A DNA stretch of 64,000 bases from a bacterium. Its GTDB lineage: Bacteria; UBA8248. The DNA is taken from positions 1,088,001-1,152,000 of the forward strand of contig OZ242260.1 in assembly GCA_965207065.1 (NCBI GenBank), given 5' to 3'. The notes under the pieces were generated by a model. It was not told the DNA's origin, searched no databases, and saw only the letters and a list, made by a program, of their open reading frames with translations. The first letter of the stretch is position 1; each line of letters starts with the position of its first letter. The position numbers and the translations under genes are program-made. Positions 41,115 through 51,795 of the stretch are shown in pieces.

Positions 41115-41635
41115 AGACCGGGTGGCCATTCGCGCAATACAAGCTCCCCGTTCCACATGAGGCCGTGCCGGGGGTAGCCAAGCATGGTCGGAGTTCCCAG
41201 GGCGCGGATTCGGACTCCTTCCAGCAGGCGTGAGACCTGTGCGATTCTTCTCTCGTATTTCTCGGTGTCGACGCCGTTGGGGTTTCCCCAGGCGGCCAGC
41301 ACAACGTCCGCGCCTTGGAGACTCCTCCTTATCCAGACATCGTTCTCTCGCCCCACCATCACCCGGTAGGGATGTGCGTTCAGTTCTTCGGGGTATGGAG
41401 AGCGAAGCGCAAAGAGGTTTACGTACCGGATGCGGCAGAATTTGTTCTTGCGCGCCCAGGCCTCCACTTTCCCCACTGTGGGGTCACTCCTGTCCGCAGA
41501 TGCTGTGGATGGGTTCTTGAGAATAACTGTGAGCACTCCAGCAGGCTCCTCCGCAATCCGCACCTCCAGAAAATAGCGATACCGCCCGTATCGCCGGGGT
41601 GCGCACGTCGTAACCTCCCTCACTTTCTGCACCAT
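41111..41635 (-). CDS. DUF1643 family protein
   Basis: YRY, NPSTA..DPT, VNLFA, AAWG, PRH motifs. Confidence 0.8.
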   Translation of the reverse strand: MVQKVREVTTCAPRRYGRYRYFLEVRIAEEPAGVLTVILKNPSTASADRSDPTVGKVEAWARKNKFCRIRYVNLFALRSPYPEELNAHPYRVMVGRENDVWIRRSLQGADVVLAAWGNPNGVDTEKYERRIAQVSRLLEGVRIRALGTPTMLGYPRHGLMWNGELVLREWPPGL

Positions 41636-41699
41636 GCTTTTCCTTCCCGCCTAAAGAGCCATACAATGCCCGCCCGGTCACACAGATGAAAGGACGGCC

Positions 41700-42476
41700 A
41701 TGCCATACGAAAACCTATTGTATGAAGTCGAAGGGCCACTCGCCCTTATCACCATCAACCGCCCCGAGCGGCATAATGCCATATCCCTGGCCACGCTGGA
41801 CGATCTCCACGCCGCAATCGCCGATGCGGCGGCGGATGAAGCCGTCCGCGTCATCGCCATCACCGGAGCGGGCGAAAAGGCGTTCGCCTCAGGCTCGGAC
41901 TTGAAGGAAGTCGAGCACCGAAACCTCGCCATTGCGCTCACCCCGCTTGTGCAAGGGGTGGCGGAGCGACTGGAGAGAACGCCCAAGGCGACAATCGCGG
42001 CGATCAACGGCTATTGCATGGGCGGTGGACTCGAGGTGGCGCTCGGCTGTGATTTGCGTATCGCGACACCTGCCTCGAAATTCGCCACGCCGGAGGGTAG
42101 AATCGGCATCATCCCGGGCGGCGGCGCCACGCAGCGCCTGCCCCGCCTCATCGGACGCGCCTGGGCGATGGAGATGCTCCTGATGGGGGAGACCATCGAT
42201 GCGAAACAAGCACTCGAAATCGGCCTCATCACCCGGCTGGTCGAGCCGGATGAACTTATGCCCACCGTCAAGAAAATGGCCGAAAAACTCGCGGCCTACG
42301 CGCCTTTCGTGCCCCAGTTCATGAAGGCCATGGTGCACTACGGCATGGAGGGCAGCATGACGGCGGGTCTGGCGCTTGAGAAATTCGCCCAGGGTGCGCT
42401 TTGCGAGACCGAGGACAAGGCGGAGGGCCTGCGCGCCTTCATGGAGAAGAGAAAACCCGAATGGAAGGGCAGATGA
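41700..42476 (+). CDS. Enoyl-CoA hydratase/isomerase family
   Basis: AFASGSDL, NGYCMGGGLEVALGCD, PEGRIGIIPGGGATQRL. Confidence 0.92.
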   Translation: MPYENLLYEVEGPLALITINRPERHNAISLATLDDLHAAIADAAADEAVRVIAITGAGEKAFASGSDLKEVEHRNLAIALTPLVQGVAERLERTPKATIAAINGYCMGGGLEVALGCDLRIATPASKFATPEGRIGIIPGGGATQRLPRLIGRAWAMEMLLMGETIDAKQALEIGLITRLVEPDELMPTVKKMAEKLAAYAPFVPQFMKAMVHYGMEGSMTAGLALEKFAQGALCETEDKAEGLRAFMEKRKPEWKGR

Positions 42477-42477
42477 G

Positions 42478-42900
42478 TTGAGCCTGAATGTCGCAGGCGT
42501 CCTGGAGACGTGCATCTACGCTGATGATCTCGAAGCGGCGGAGGCGTTCTACCGCTCCGTTTTGGGCCTCGAAGCCTTTCAGAAAGCGCCCGGACGCCAC
42601 GTTTTCTTTTACTGCGGGCCGCACGCCGTCTTCCTCGTCTTCAACCCCGAAGCGACCGCCCGTCCCGACATGAAGCTCGGCGTGCCGACGCACGGCGCGG
42701 CGGGGCCGGGGCACGTGACGTTCTCCATACGCGAGGCCGAGTTGCCCTCCTGGCGGGAGCGGCTGGCCGAACAAGGCGTGGGGGTCGAGAAGGAAGTCGA
42801 CTGGCCCGGTGGCGGTCGCTCCATCTATTTCAGGGACCCGGCGGGGAACAGCGTCGAACTCGCCTCCCCGCGCATCTGGCGGCTTCCAGAGCAATACTAA
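42478..42900 (+). CDS. VOC/glyoxalase family protein
   Basis: LETCIYADDLEAAEAFY, HGAAGPGH, SIYFRDPAGNSVEL; start approximate (TTG). Confidence 0.88.
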   Translation: MSLNVAGVLETCIYADDLEAAEAFYRSVLGLEAFQKAPGRHVFFYCGPHAVFLVFNPEATARPDMKLGVPTHGAAGPGHVTFSIREAELPSWRERLAEQGVGVEKEVDWPGGGRSIYFRDPAGNSVELASPRIWRLPEQY

Positions 42901-43199
42901 ACCATAACTCATTGTAAATCCTTATGTTTTAATTTTATTCCGCCGATTTTATTTTCACTTATTTATCGAAAGACACGTTCATGATTCCGTCCCGTGGACA
43001 ATCGTACTAACGGACACCATCATTCAACATAACATACTGAAATAAAATCGGTAATTATCATGTTTTCCTTTCCGCCTCCCCTTGCATTTACGCCATATTT
43101 ACGCTTTAATACTCTCACATTTGATGCCGGACGTATGCGATTTGATTACGGATCGTCCATATCCTCCGTGGCCTGCGACACGATTTCCAGGGAGCGCCC

Positions 43200-44378
43200 A
43201 TGCCGAAAAGAAGCGACACCAAGCTTACCAAACGCGTCGTCGACGTGCTATCCGTCGAGAAGAACGATGCCGTCTTCTGGGACCGGGAGCTGGCCGGCTT
43301 CGGGGTGCGGGTATACGCCACGGGTAGGAAGGTCTACGTGGTGCAGTCCCGAGGGCCGTGGGGACCGAGACGCGTGACGCTGGGCAGACACGGCGAGATG
43401 TCTTGTGATGAGGCGAGGAAACAAGCCGCCCTCGTCATCGACCGCATCAAGCGGGGCGAGGAGCCCGAGCCCAAGCCGCCCGAGGCGGCACCCACCGTGG
43501 CGGGCCTTGCCGGGCGCTTCATGCGCGACCACGCCGGGACGCACTGCAAGCCCGACACCGCTGCGTCGTACCGCTCCTTGATCGGGAACCACGTAGAACC
43601 GGCGCTGGGCGGGATGGCGCTCGCTGATGTTGGGCGGGCGGAGGTATCGGAGTTGCACCACCGGTTGCGAGGGACGCCCGCCGTGGCCAATGCGGTGGCG
43701 GGGCTGCTCTCTAAAATGTTCAAGATGGCCGAGGCGTGGGGCCTGGTTCCTGCCGGGACTAACCCGTGCCGGGGGCTTCGCCGCTACCGGACGCGGAAGC
43801 GCGAGCGGTTCCTGACGCAAGAGGAGTTCCGCCGTCTGGGCCGCGCGCTCCGAGACCTGGAGGCGGAGGGGAGGACGTGGGCGGCTGCGGTGGCGGCGAT
43901 CAGGCTCCTGGCGCTCACCGGTTGCAGGAGGAGCGAGATACTGGACTTGCACTGGGACGACGTGGACCGCACGGCGGGCGAGTTGAGACTTAAAGAAGCC
44001 AAGACGGGCCCGCGCATGGTTCCGCTGACGGAGCCCGTCAAGAGGGTGCTGGACGGGCTCCCCCGCTCGCCGGACAACCCCAGGGTGATCTCCTCGAAGC
44101 ACGGGAAGGGCCGCCTGGGGAACCTCTCCTCCTACTGGGGGGCCGTGAGGGAGCGGGCGGGTCTCGACGACGTGCGGCTCCATGACCTGAGACATAGCTA
44201 CGCATCGCGGGCGCTCGCGCTGGGCGAGAGTCTGTCCGCGATCGGCAGGCTTCTCGGCCACCGGCACGTGGTGAGCACGGCGCGCTACGCGCACCTGATG
44301 CGGGACGCCGAGAAGGCGGCGGCCGCCCGGGTGGGTGAGAGCATAGGCGTCCACGTCACGAACGGGAGGGTCGAGTGA
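43200..44378 (+). CDS. Tyrosine recombinase/integrase with N-terminal arm-binding domain, copy 1
   Basis: WDRELAGFGVRV arm domain; catalytic TGCR, KTG, HDLRH, LGH, RY. Confidence 0.93.
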   Translation: MPKRSDTKLTKRVVDVLSVEKNDAVFWDRELAGFGVRVYATGRKVYVVQSRGPWGPRRVTLGRHGEMSCDEARKQAALVIDRIKRGEEPEPKPPEAAPTVAGLAGRFMRDHAGTHCKPDTAASYRSLIGNHVEPALGGMALADVGRAEVSELHHRLRGTPAVANAVAGLLSKMFKMAEAWGLVPAGTNPCRGLRRYRTRKRERFLTQEEFRRLGRALRDLEAEGRTWAAAVAAIRLLALTGCRRSEILDLHWDDVDRTAGELRLKEAKTGPRMVPLTEPVKRVLDGLPRSPDNPRVISSKHGKGRLGNLSSYWGAVRERAGLDDVRLHDLRHSYASRALALGESLSAIGRLLGHRHVVSTARYAHLMRDAEKAAAARVGESIGVHVTNGRVE

Positions 44379-45550
44379 TGACGTCGAAGCCCATCATGGA
44401 AACGCTTTCCAATCGAGCGGTCGGGAAGCTCAAGGTCGAGAAGGACACGGTGTTCTGGGACCGGGACCTCACCGGCTTCGGCGTCAGGGTCTATCCCACG
44501 GGGGCCAAGGTCTACGTCGCCCAGGCGCGAGGTCCGGAAGGCCCCAGGCGCGTGGCGGTGGGCCGCCACGGGGTGATCCATGCGGAGGAGGCCAGGAAGC
44601 GCGCGGCGCTCGTCATCGCGCGCGTCAAGGCGGGCGAGGAGGCTATCCCTAAGCCACGCAACCCCGCAGGCGGTCCCACGGTGGCCGAGCTCGCGAAGCG
44701 CTATCTCGCCGAGTACGTCTCCGTGAGGTGTAAGCCGAGCACGGCGAAGACGGTCCGCTCCGTGGTTCTGAGGCACGTCGTACCCGCGCTCGGAAAACTG
44801 CCCCTCGCATCGGTCGAGCGCAAACACGTGGCGGAACTCCACCAGAAGTTGAGCGCCACGCCCGCGGCCGCGAACCAGGCCGTCCGGGCGCTGTCCGCGA
44901 TGTACCGCTTGGCCTGCGAGTGGGGGGTGGTCCCCGAGGAGACGAATCCGTGCCGCGCCATCACCGAATACCCCGGCCGCCGGCGGGAGCGCTTCCTCAC
45001 CGAGGCGGAATTGGACCGCCTGGGAAAGTCCCTGGACGAGATCGAGACGGAGGGCCGCGCGTCCGCAAGCGCGGTGGCGGCGATCCGGCTCCTGGTGCTG
45101 ACCGGGTGCCGGAAGTCGGAGATCCTCACGCTGCGCTGGGAGGAAGTGGCGCCGGAGGCGGCGGAACTACGGCTCACTGACTCCAAGACTGGCGCGCGGG
45201 TCGTTTCTCTCTCAGTGCCTGCCGTCAAACTCCTCGCGGGCCTGCCACGCCTGCCCGGGGTTCCCTGGGTGATCCCCGGCAGGAAGCCGGGTACGCACCT
45301 CAGGAAGCTCGATGATGCCTGGCAGGCCGTCCGCTCGCGTGCGGGGCTTCACGGCGTGCGCCTCCATGACCTGCGCCATTCGTTCGCATCAAGAGCCCTG
45401 GCGCTCGGCGAGGGGCTCTCCGTGATTGGAAAACTCCTGGGTCACGCGCGGATCGAGACCACCTCGCGCTACGCCCATCTCGCGCGCGATTCGGTGCGCG
45501 AATCCGCCGAGCGGGTCGCCGCGAGCATCGCCGAAGACATCCTGGGCTAG
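44375..45550 (+). CDS. Tyrosine recombinase/integrase with arm-binding domain, copy 2
   Basis: Same motifs all intact; GTGA overlap with copy 1. Confidence 0.93.
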   Translation: MMTSKPIMETLSNRAVGKLKVEKDTVFWDRDLTGFGVRVYPTGAKVYVAQARGPEGPRRVAVGRHGVIHAEEARKRAALVIARVKAGEEAIPKPRNPAGGPTVAELAKRYLAEYVSVRCKPSTAKTVRSVVLRHVVPALGKLPLASVERKHVAELHQKLSATPAAANQAVRALSAMYRLACEWGVVPEETNPCRAITEYPGRRRERFLTEAELDRLGKSLDEIETEGRASASAVAAIRLLVLTGCRKSEILTLRWEEVAPEAAELRLTDSKTGARVVSLSVPAVKLLAGLPRLPGVPWVIPGRKPGTHLRKLDDAWQAVRSRAGLHGVRLHDLRHSFASRALALGEGLSVIGKLLGHARIETTSRYAHLARDSVRESAERVAASIAEDILG

Positions 45551-45657
45551 CGCACGGCGTCCCGCAGGTTCCTGCCCGCCCGGAAGGCGGGAGCCTTCGA
45601 AGCGGGGATGTCGACCCCCTCGCCCGTGCGGGGATTCCGTCCCCGCCGCGCGGGCCA
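45547..45657 (-). pseudogene. C-terminal remnant of HU/IHF DNA-binding protein
   Basis: [35 protein letters not shown]-terminal half absent. Confidence 0.8.
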
Positions 45658-45779
45658 ATGATTGAAGGACGACATTGTTATTAGGCCCAAAACCAATCCC
45701 AGACAGCGGAACCGCTTCAAGGCCGGGCGCACTATAGATCGCAATGATCATAGGCACATGAAGACAAGGAGACCAAACG

Positions 45780-46691
45780 TCAGAACGGCGGTTTGAAGCC
45801 TTCCTTCCCCTCACCGATCGACGGCAACTCGCTGCGCAGGACGTCCCGTGCCCGGCGGTAGTGCTCCCGGTAGCGATCCATCACGTTCTCTCCGTAGCAA
45901 GCGAGCTTCTCCGCCATGATAGCCAGCGCCACGTCCCGTGTTCCGGCTACGAACTTGCCGCGCTGGAAGTGGAAGGGCTGGACGATGAACTTCTGGACAC
46001 GGGTGCTCCGCAGGTCGCTAGCAAACCGTTCCGCGTTCCGGGCCAACAGCAGAGGCGTCATCGTCACACAGGTAGCAACTCCTGAGTCGACTAACTCTCG
46101 GGCGGCTCCGAGACGTCTGGAGTTGCTCGGGCAGGATGGTTCGAACGCCCGCCGCACATCTTCGTCGTCGGTGGTGACCGTCAGGTTGATCTGTACTTGT
46201 CCGCCGTTGTCGACGATCTGGCGGAAGAGATTTTTATCGCGAACGACTTCCGGACTTCGGGTTTGGATAACCAGCTTTGGGCGGTGCCGCTTGGCGAGAA
46301 CCTCCAGAAGTCTCTGTGTGAGCTTCAGCTTCCGCTCAATGGGCTGATACGGGTCCGTGACGCTGCTCATGTAGATCCGCTTGCCGTCAAGGCTCCTGCA
46401 TCGCTCAAGAAGATTGACTGCGTTTTCCTTGACCTGGACCCACTGCCCCCAGCTCTCGCGTTCCTCTTTGCTACGTGAGAAGAAGGCCGCGTAGCAATAT
46501 GTACAACCGAAGGCGCAACCGGAGTAGGGGTTCAGCGTGAAGTCATATTCGTCCATAAAGCCAGTTGCCCTAGTGAGGATGGCGCTGGCTGGCTTGTATT
46601 TTATGTCGGTGCGGGCGAGGCGGATTGGGTGCTCGGCTACGCTCGGCTGCCGTGACAGGGACAACAGGGATAGTTGCTCGGGCAAGCTCAT
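45780..46691 (-). CDS. Radical SAM protein, spore-photoproduct-lyase-like (COG1533 type)
   Basis: LNPYSGCAFGCTYCYA (CxxxCxxC), SSVTDPYQPIE, FEP. Confidence 0.9.
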   Translation of the reverse strand: MSLPEQLSLLSLSRQPSVAEHPIRLARTDIKYKPASAILTRATGFMDEYDFTLNPYSGCAFGCTYCYAAFFSRSKEERESWGQWVQVKENAVNLLERCRSLDGKRIYMSSVTDPYQPIERKLKLTQRLLEVLAKRHRPKLVIQTRSPEVVRDKNLFRQIVDNGGQVQINLTVTTDDEDVRRAFEPSCPSNSRRLGAARELVDSGVATCVTMTPLLLARNAERFASDLRSTRVQKFIVQPFHFQRGKFVAGTRDVALAIMAEKLACYGENVMDRYREHYRRARDVLRSELPSIGEGKEGFKPPF

Positions 46692-47638
46692 GATGCTTGT
46701 TTAACCCATACTTCGTCATTCTCAATTGGATTTTTCGGAAGATCCCAAGCAACTTTGGGTTTAAGATAGTTGAGGCACCTGTCGCTTAGTGGCTTCGCTG
46801 AATTCATCAATTCCTCACGTATCTTGTGCCTGCATTTGGTGGTCTCGTCCAGGACTCTCTTCCCAAATGGGCTCAGGCTCGACGTGTTGGATACACGGCT
46901 CAACCCACTCACCAACCCATTGTTCATCAGGTTCTTCTTATTTCCGGCGCTTGTAATGAGTTGGTATTGGAGACGATTCGCGTGCCGCTCTTGAAAGTCA
47001 TTCCTGAAACTCTCGATCTCTTGTATCGACTTTTCATACACTGCATGTACTGAAAAGAGCCAGAATTCATCGGCAGCATCGCGCGATAAGGCATCGGAAA
47101 AGGCGTCTAGCGACATGAAGATTCTGTCCTCATCGATCATTTCGAAGAAATCGACGTTCAGTCCTCGATACTCAGCCGCACAACCGAACTCAAGCCACAG
47201 TTTTTTTCCCAATTCAGTCATCGACTTACTTGGATCGATTCCATAGATCAACACCTTTCGATTCTGCAGCACTTCTTGGCTTTCCGCGACTAGTACGGCA
47301 AGAGCAATGGCAACTGCTAATGCTCCGCAACCGATGTCGATGACCTGGAGCGGTCTACCCGACTGCGGAGGAGGATATTGTTGGAGGACAGTGTACACGA
47401 GATGTACCTGTCGCGCTTGGTACCAACTTAGGTAGAGGGGGGCGTCCCACTTGTCATAACGGGGTTTGTCATATCCCCGTAGTTTGTCGAGCGATTCGAA
47501 TGCGTCCTGTAATGAATCGATGTAGTCTTTAGGATATAGCTTCTTGAGTCGAGTATATTCCGCCCAAGTCACCTTTGCGATAGCCTCATCCAGGGCATCC
47601 AATAATTCTGGAAAGGAATTATATACATCTCTAACCAT
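46688..47638 (-). CDS. Hypothetical protein with class I SAM-methyltransferase-like motifs
   Basis: LQVIDIGCGA (motif I) and IYGIDPS (motif II); ATGA overlap with the radical SAM gene. Confidence 0.65.
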   Translation of the reverse strand: MVRDVYNSFPELLDALDEAIAKVTWAEYTRLKKLYPKDYIDSLQDAFESLDKLRGYDKPRYDKWDAPLYLSWYQARQVHLVYTVLQQYPPPQSGRPLQVIDIGCGALAVAIALAVLVAESQEVLQNRKVLIYGIDPSKSMTELGKKLWLEFGCAAEYRGLNVDFFEMIDEDRIFMSLDAFSDALSRDAADEFWLFSVHAVYEKSIQEIESFRNDFQERHANRLQYQLITSAGNKKNLMNNGLVSGLSRVSNTSSLSPFGKRVLDETTKCRHKIREELMNSAKPLSDRCLNYLKPKVAWDLPKNPIENDEVWVKQAS

Positions 47639-47776
47639 TTACTATCTCACTAATATGGCGGGCCAGTGCTCCTTCTGCCCGAAAGACAATCCCACTTTAC
47701 GAAATCCCGATAGATTTATCAACGCACATTTTCTGCCGATAAAGTCCTAAACTAGATGGAAAATTGAAAAAAGGGG

Positions 47777-48030
47777 GTGCGCCAGGCGAACTGATGCCAG
47801 TGCAGCCGGTGAAAGTCTGGCTGGCGGGAGGAGGCCCGGCCAACACTTCCACCTTGAGTCATGGGCCGTAACCCGAGAGGACGGGGATCAAGCATTGAGG
47901 GGGTGTGTGCGGGCAGGGTTATAGAGCATCGGGAGAGAATATTCTCCGGGATGTAGAGGCTTTCCCCTAGCCGAAGACAACGTCAGGCCCACCAAATATG
48001 GCGAGGCGGGCCGGAATCCCGCGGTGTCGG
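47777..48030 (+). ncRNA. Group II intron 5' (domain I)-like remnant, no RT ORF
   Basis: Starts GTGCG; CCGGTGAAAGTCTGG, GAGTCATGGGCC, GAAGACAAC, GGCGAGG, CCCGCGGTGTCG occur in the order typical of bacterial group II intron DI. Confidence 0.55.
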
Positions 48031-48645
48031 TAATGGGGGATACGCTGAGAGGCCGACCTCCGCGGTTGAAGGCGACCTCTCAGGCTCACTCGCAATGTTC
48101 GCTGCATTCTTGGTTCGGTTCGCTCACTTTGTGCGCTGTTTGTATCTTAAGGTTCATTCTGGAGGGTTATATGTGTGCCTGAAAACCCGGTTTAAAGCGT
48201 AGGTCAATCTATCATGATATTTAGGAAAATTCTTTCTGCTGTTGCTCCCGTTTTCAGACTGTGGGGGATTTCCAACAATAATAAAATCATGTTATCTCGT
48301 TGATTTCATTGGGACATTTCCATTATTTCCGGTCTAGATTAGAACTCGACTCCTCTAATATGTAATAAAAACGATAGCAAAGCAATTCAAACTTATATGG
48401 ACGCCTACCTGGTGACAAGGACCGATTCAGGGCAGGTGTTCATCTGGTAGGTTCGGAGGTGAGCAATCAGGACAAGTAAGTTGCGAAAATGGAGAGGTCG
48501 CCATAAATCACAGCTGAGATACGATTTTGAGTCTGTCAAGAAATTAGTCACAATCGCAGATTAAATCGTGCGTGTATAGGCAGCCCCTCAAGTCCGTTTA
48601 ACGCTCAAACTAGACAACGAATAGCGCAATATGTAGTGTTGGAAA

Positions 48646-49371
48646 ATGTGGGAAATTCTTGAGCAAGCATACACGGATACAAAGAATAGTTTGGGGTGGT
48701 CAATAGGAAATGCTATTCGAGCCTTATTAATAGTAGCAGGAACCTCCTATATTTATTTTGCATATTTTGAACAAGAAAGAGCAATTTCTGAAGTGATGGA
48801 TTGGTGCATTTCCATAGTTGCTTCTATTTTGTTTGTTATAATACCTACAATCTTATGGAATCTTTGGTTAGCACCTTATCGACTCATGGAGAAACGCCTA
48901 AAAAGTGAGATTAATGCAATCAGAAATAGTACGGAGTATGCGCCGTCCGATGACATTGAAGTACCCCAGAAAGTAAATGTATCACTTTATCAAAACCACA
49001 GGAATTTGCTCTTGTACGAAGCTGCATGTTTATGGGTAGAGATTGAGCCTCATCATCCCATAAGAGACCAAAGGGCAAGAGCAAAGTTGAGCCAACTAAA
49101 AGGTGACATAAGAAATCATCAATTAAAATGTGTGTGGGGAACTCCTTTAACGCAATTAGCGGATTTTATAAATGGTAATCAAACAAGAACGCCTAGCGAT
49201 AATCAGCAAGTCTCAATGGTCAACTTACGGCGATATGCAGAAGTGATTGATGATATTCCCTTATTTCTTTTGAACATAAAATTGCCACCTGAACCTTCAA
49301 ACAACGTTGAAGATAGTGTGCAGTCTACATCGCCAATTTCTGATGAGTCAGATTCTAAGTGTTCAGAATAG
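48646..49371 (+). CDS. Hypothetical AT-rich protein with 2 N-terminal TM helices
   Basis: 241-aa ORF; two hydrophobic segments then a soluble domain. Confidence 0.7.
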   Translation: MWEILEQAYTDTKNSLGWSIGNAIRALLIVAGTSYIYFAYFEQERAISEVMDWCISIVASILFVIIPTILWNLWLAPYRLMEKRLKSEINAIRNSTEYAPSDDIEVPQKVNVSLYQNHRNLLLYEAACLWVEIEPHHPIRDQRARAKLSQLKGDIRNHQLKCVWGTPLTQLADFINGNQTRTPSDNQQVSMVNLRRYAEVIDDIPLFLLNIKLPPEPSNNVEDSVQSTSPISDESDSKCSE

Positions 49372-49917
49372 ATCGCAATCTTTGCATAGCTACTTTGTGG
49401 ACGTAGTATTGTGGACGTGATTCTGTAAGTGAAGTAAATACAATATGATATGTGCCTAATGGCAATCAGACCTTGGGCACCAAAAACATTTTACAACCCA
49501 TTTAATAATTTAGTGGGCCGTTTGAAAGCCCAGCAGGATATCACATAGCATGAAGTATTGATTCTCAATCGCTCGTTACACGAGGCGTGACTCCGCCACT
49601 GCCGGGGAATTGCAGCGTCGGGCAAGAGGACCCATCCATGGCACGTCCATCTGCGCACCTTCACAGGGCAACAAATCACCTATATCCCATTCCACGATTC
49701 CAAGACGAAGCAAGCTCTCGGGTCGCCTTACCAGCTCCCACCCGCTATCGGTTGAGCGACGCCTCACCCGACCGAGTTCGCTTGGCCACGAGGCCGACAC
49801 TACTTGAACCAACTCAATTGGCGTGAAGGAGGGTTAACCACATGATGGAGATAATCCTCGAAGTTACCGAAGACGTAGTGAGCGATGAGTATTCGACGAG
49901 TGCCTAGCAAGCTATAA

Positions 49918-51291
49918 GGTCAAGTCCTGTTGATGCTGGATAATTTCTTTGGGCGCATATCGGCCGAGGGCTTCCTGATGTCGTTTTCCTCCTCGTAGTT
50001 CTGGTCCAGTTCCCTTCTGAGGGCGTCCATCTGGCGGCGCTCGAAGCCAGTGATCCTGAGCGCCCGCCATCGCTCGGAAGCCCGGATCATGGCGTCGAAC
50101 ATCAACTTGAGAACCAGCTTCTTTCCAAAAGCGTTGGGGATGATCTTCATCCGCCAACGTTCCTCGACGAACAAACGCTCGAGCAGGTTCGTAGTGCGAA
50201 CGGCTCGACGATGGTTGACGGGTGCCCGCAGGTGCGCGATGCAGGCTTCGAAGTCGTCGCGGAAGCACGCCACGGCGCCGGGAAGTTAGGACTCGTAGTC
50301 CCTGACGACCCCCCCCCCCCCGGCCAGTTCCCGGGCGATGGCGCGCGAGGGAGCCTGATAGGCCGCCGCCCGCGCCTTGAACTCGGGCCAGATGTTCTCG
50401 GGCGCCTTGGCCGCGAGGTTCCTCATCCGGTGCGCCAGGCAGCGTTGCCGTTCCGAACGCGGGAAGCACGTCTCGATTGCCTTGATGATTCCCGGCGCCC
50501 CGTCGCTGACCACAAGCAGCGGGTCGCCTAGGCCGCGGGCGCGTATGTCGTGGAAGAACGCGCTCACCGTCTCGGCGTCCTCCTTCGAACCCGCCATCAG
50601 GTGCAGCAAGACCTTGGCGTCGTTCGCCGTGAATCCCCAGGCCGCCAATACCGGTTCGCGCCTGCTGCCCGGAGGGATACGTTCCGCAATCCCGTCGATG
50701 AACAGATAGACGACCTCGTATTCGGCCAGGTCCCGTGACGCGAACTCCTGGTAGTCCACCACAACCGCTCCCCGAGTTCCGAGACCGCCGTGCGCGAGAG
50801 CAGCAGACGACCACTCTCGTCGGTGAATACGTCTTCGATGTCGCGCACCGACAGGCCGCGCGCCCCTTGAGGCCCTCCCGGATTTTCGAGCGGAACCCTT
50901 CCTCGCGCCCGGCAATCTAAGGTACCGCGTACTCGAAGAACTCTTCCGCCGTCTTCAGATTGCCCAGGCGGCGCCCGTTGCGGTAGCCCTGACTGGGCTT
51001 CGCGCAGTGTTCATAGTATTCCCGGCCCAAGGCGTCGCGGCTCTCCGCCTCCAGTGCCTCTTCCAGGATGGGCCGCGTGACGAGCTTCATCAGGTCGGCT
51101 CGCGCTTCGGGACTCGACAGGCGACCTTCGACCAGAGAGGAAAGGGCTTGGCGTGTCTGCATCGATGCCTGTATTCTCTTCTTCATGGGGTTGCCTCCTC
51201 GGTTGGATGCCGGCGCTTACCGGCACGGTTTTGTGATGCCTCCGCCGAGGATGCACCCCTCAAATTTTTCCAGCAAAATTAGGACTTCACC
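49918..51291 (-). mobile_element. IS256-family element with degraded transposase
   Basis: Fragments GYRNG, YLFIDG, VVSDGAPG, QRCLAHRMRN, RTTNLLERLF in several frames; TIRs GGTCAAGTCCTGTTGATGCTGGA / TCCAGCAAAATTAGGACTTCACC. Confidence 0.88.
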
Positions 51292-51561
51292 GCGGATTTT
51301 GAAGATGGACAGTCTTTTCTCACAACGAGACAAGGCGATACGCTCCGTCGCCCGTTTTCAGGCACTAGGTTGTTTCCAACAGGCGGGGATTTCCGCTATT
51401 CTATATTGAGAAAGATGCATAATTCTTAGTCTTGTTCGGGGCTTGTCTGTAAAGTGTAATCAAATTGGAAGAGGGCGAATTATAACTCTCGCGAGTGGGA
51501 ACGCTTTTTCGTCGAACCATTCTCTCTAAAGCTTGGTTCGCAACGGCTTGCCTGAAATTAT

Positions 51562-51795
51562 ATGCTGGCACTCAAGGAAAAAGAAATGAATGCGCGATGG
51601 CGTTTGTTAAATCAAGAAATCACGCATTACGAAAATACGCGCAGCCACAGTAATAGGCTGGAAGAAAAGGTGATGGATTTGACTAAAGAGAACATGGCCT
51701 TGAAGGAGCGCATCCGCGTTCTTGAGGACCCGACCAACAGAAAAACAGAGAACACTCATTTTGGGGATAGCGAACATGGGGAGTTGGCGCAATAA
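51562..51795 (+). CDS. Short coiled-coil ORF, possibly the N-terminal fragment of the downstream gene
   Basis: LEEKVMDLTKENMALKERIRVLE heptads; overlaps next ORF. Confidence 0.4.
   Translation: MLALKEKEMNARWRLLNQEITHYENTRSHSNRLEEKVMDLTKENMALKERIRVLEDPTNRKTENTHFGDSEHGELAQ

Noticed and set aside
42900..43200. tRNA or tmRNA target at the island border
   Set aside because: No cloverleaf or TTCGAA T-loop recognisable
49560..49860. Possible IS110 non-coding end or structured RNA
   Set aside because: No transposase and no recognisable conserved motifs
48175..51364. 12-bp inverted repeat GTGCCTGAAAAC / GTTTTCAGGCAC, res-site-like
   Set aside because: Short, and no resolvase gene is present; cannot be supported as a functional site
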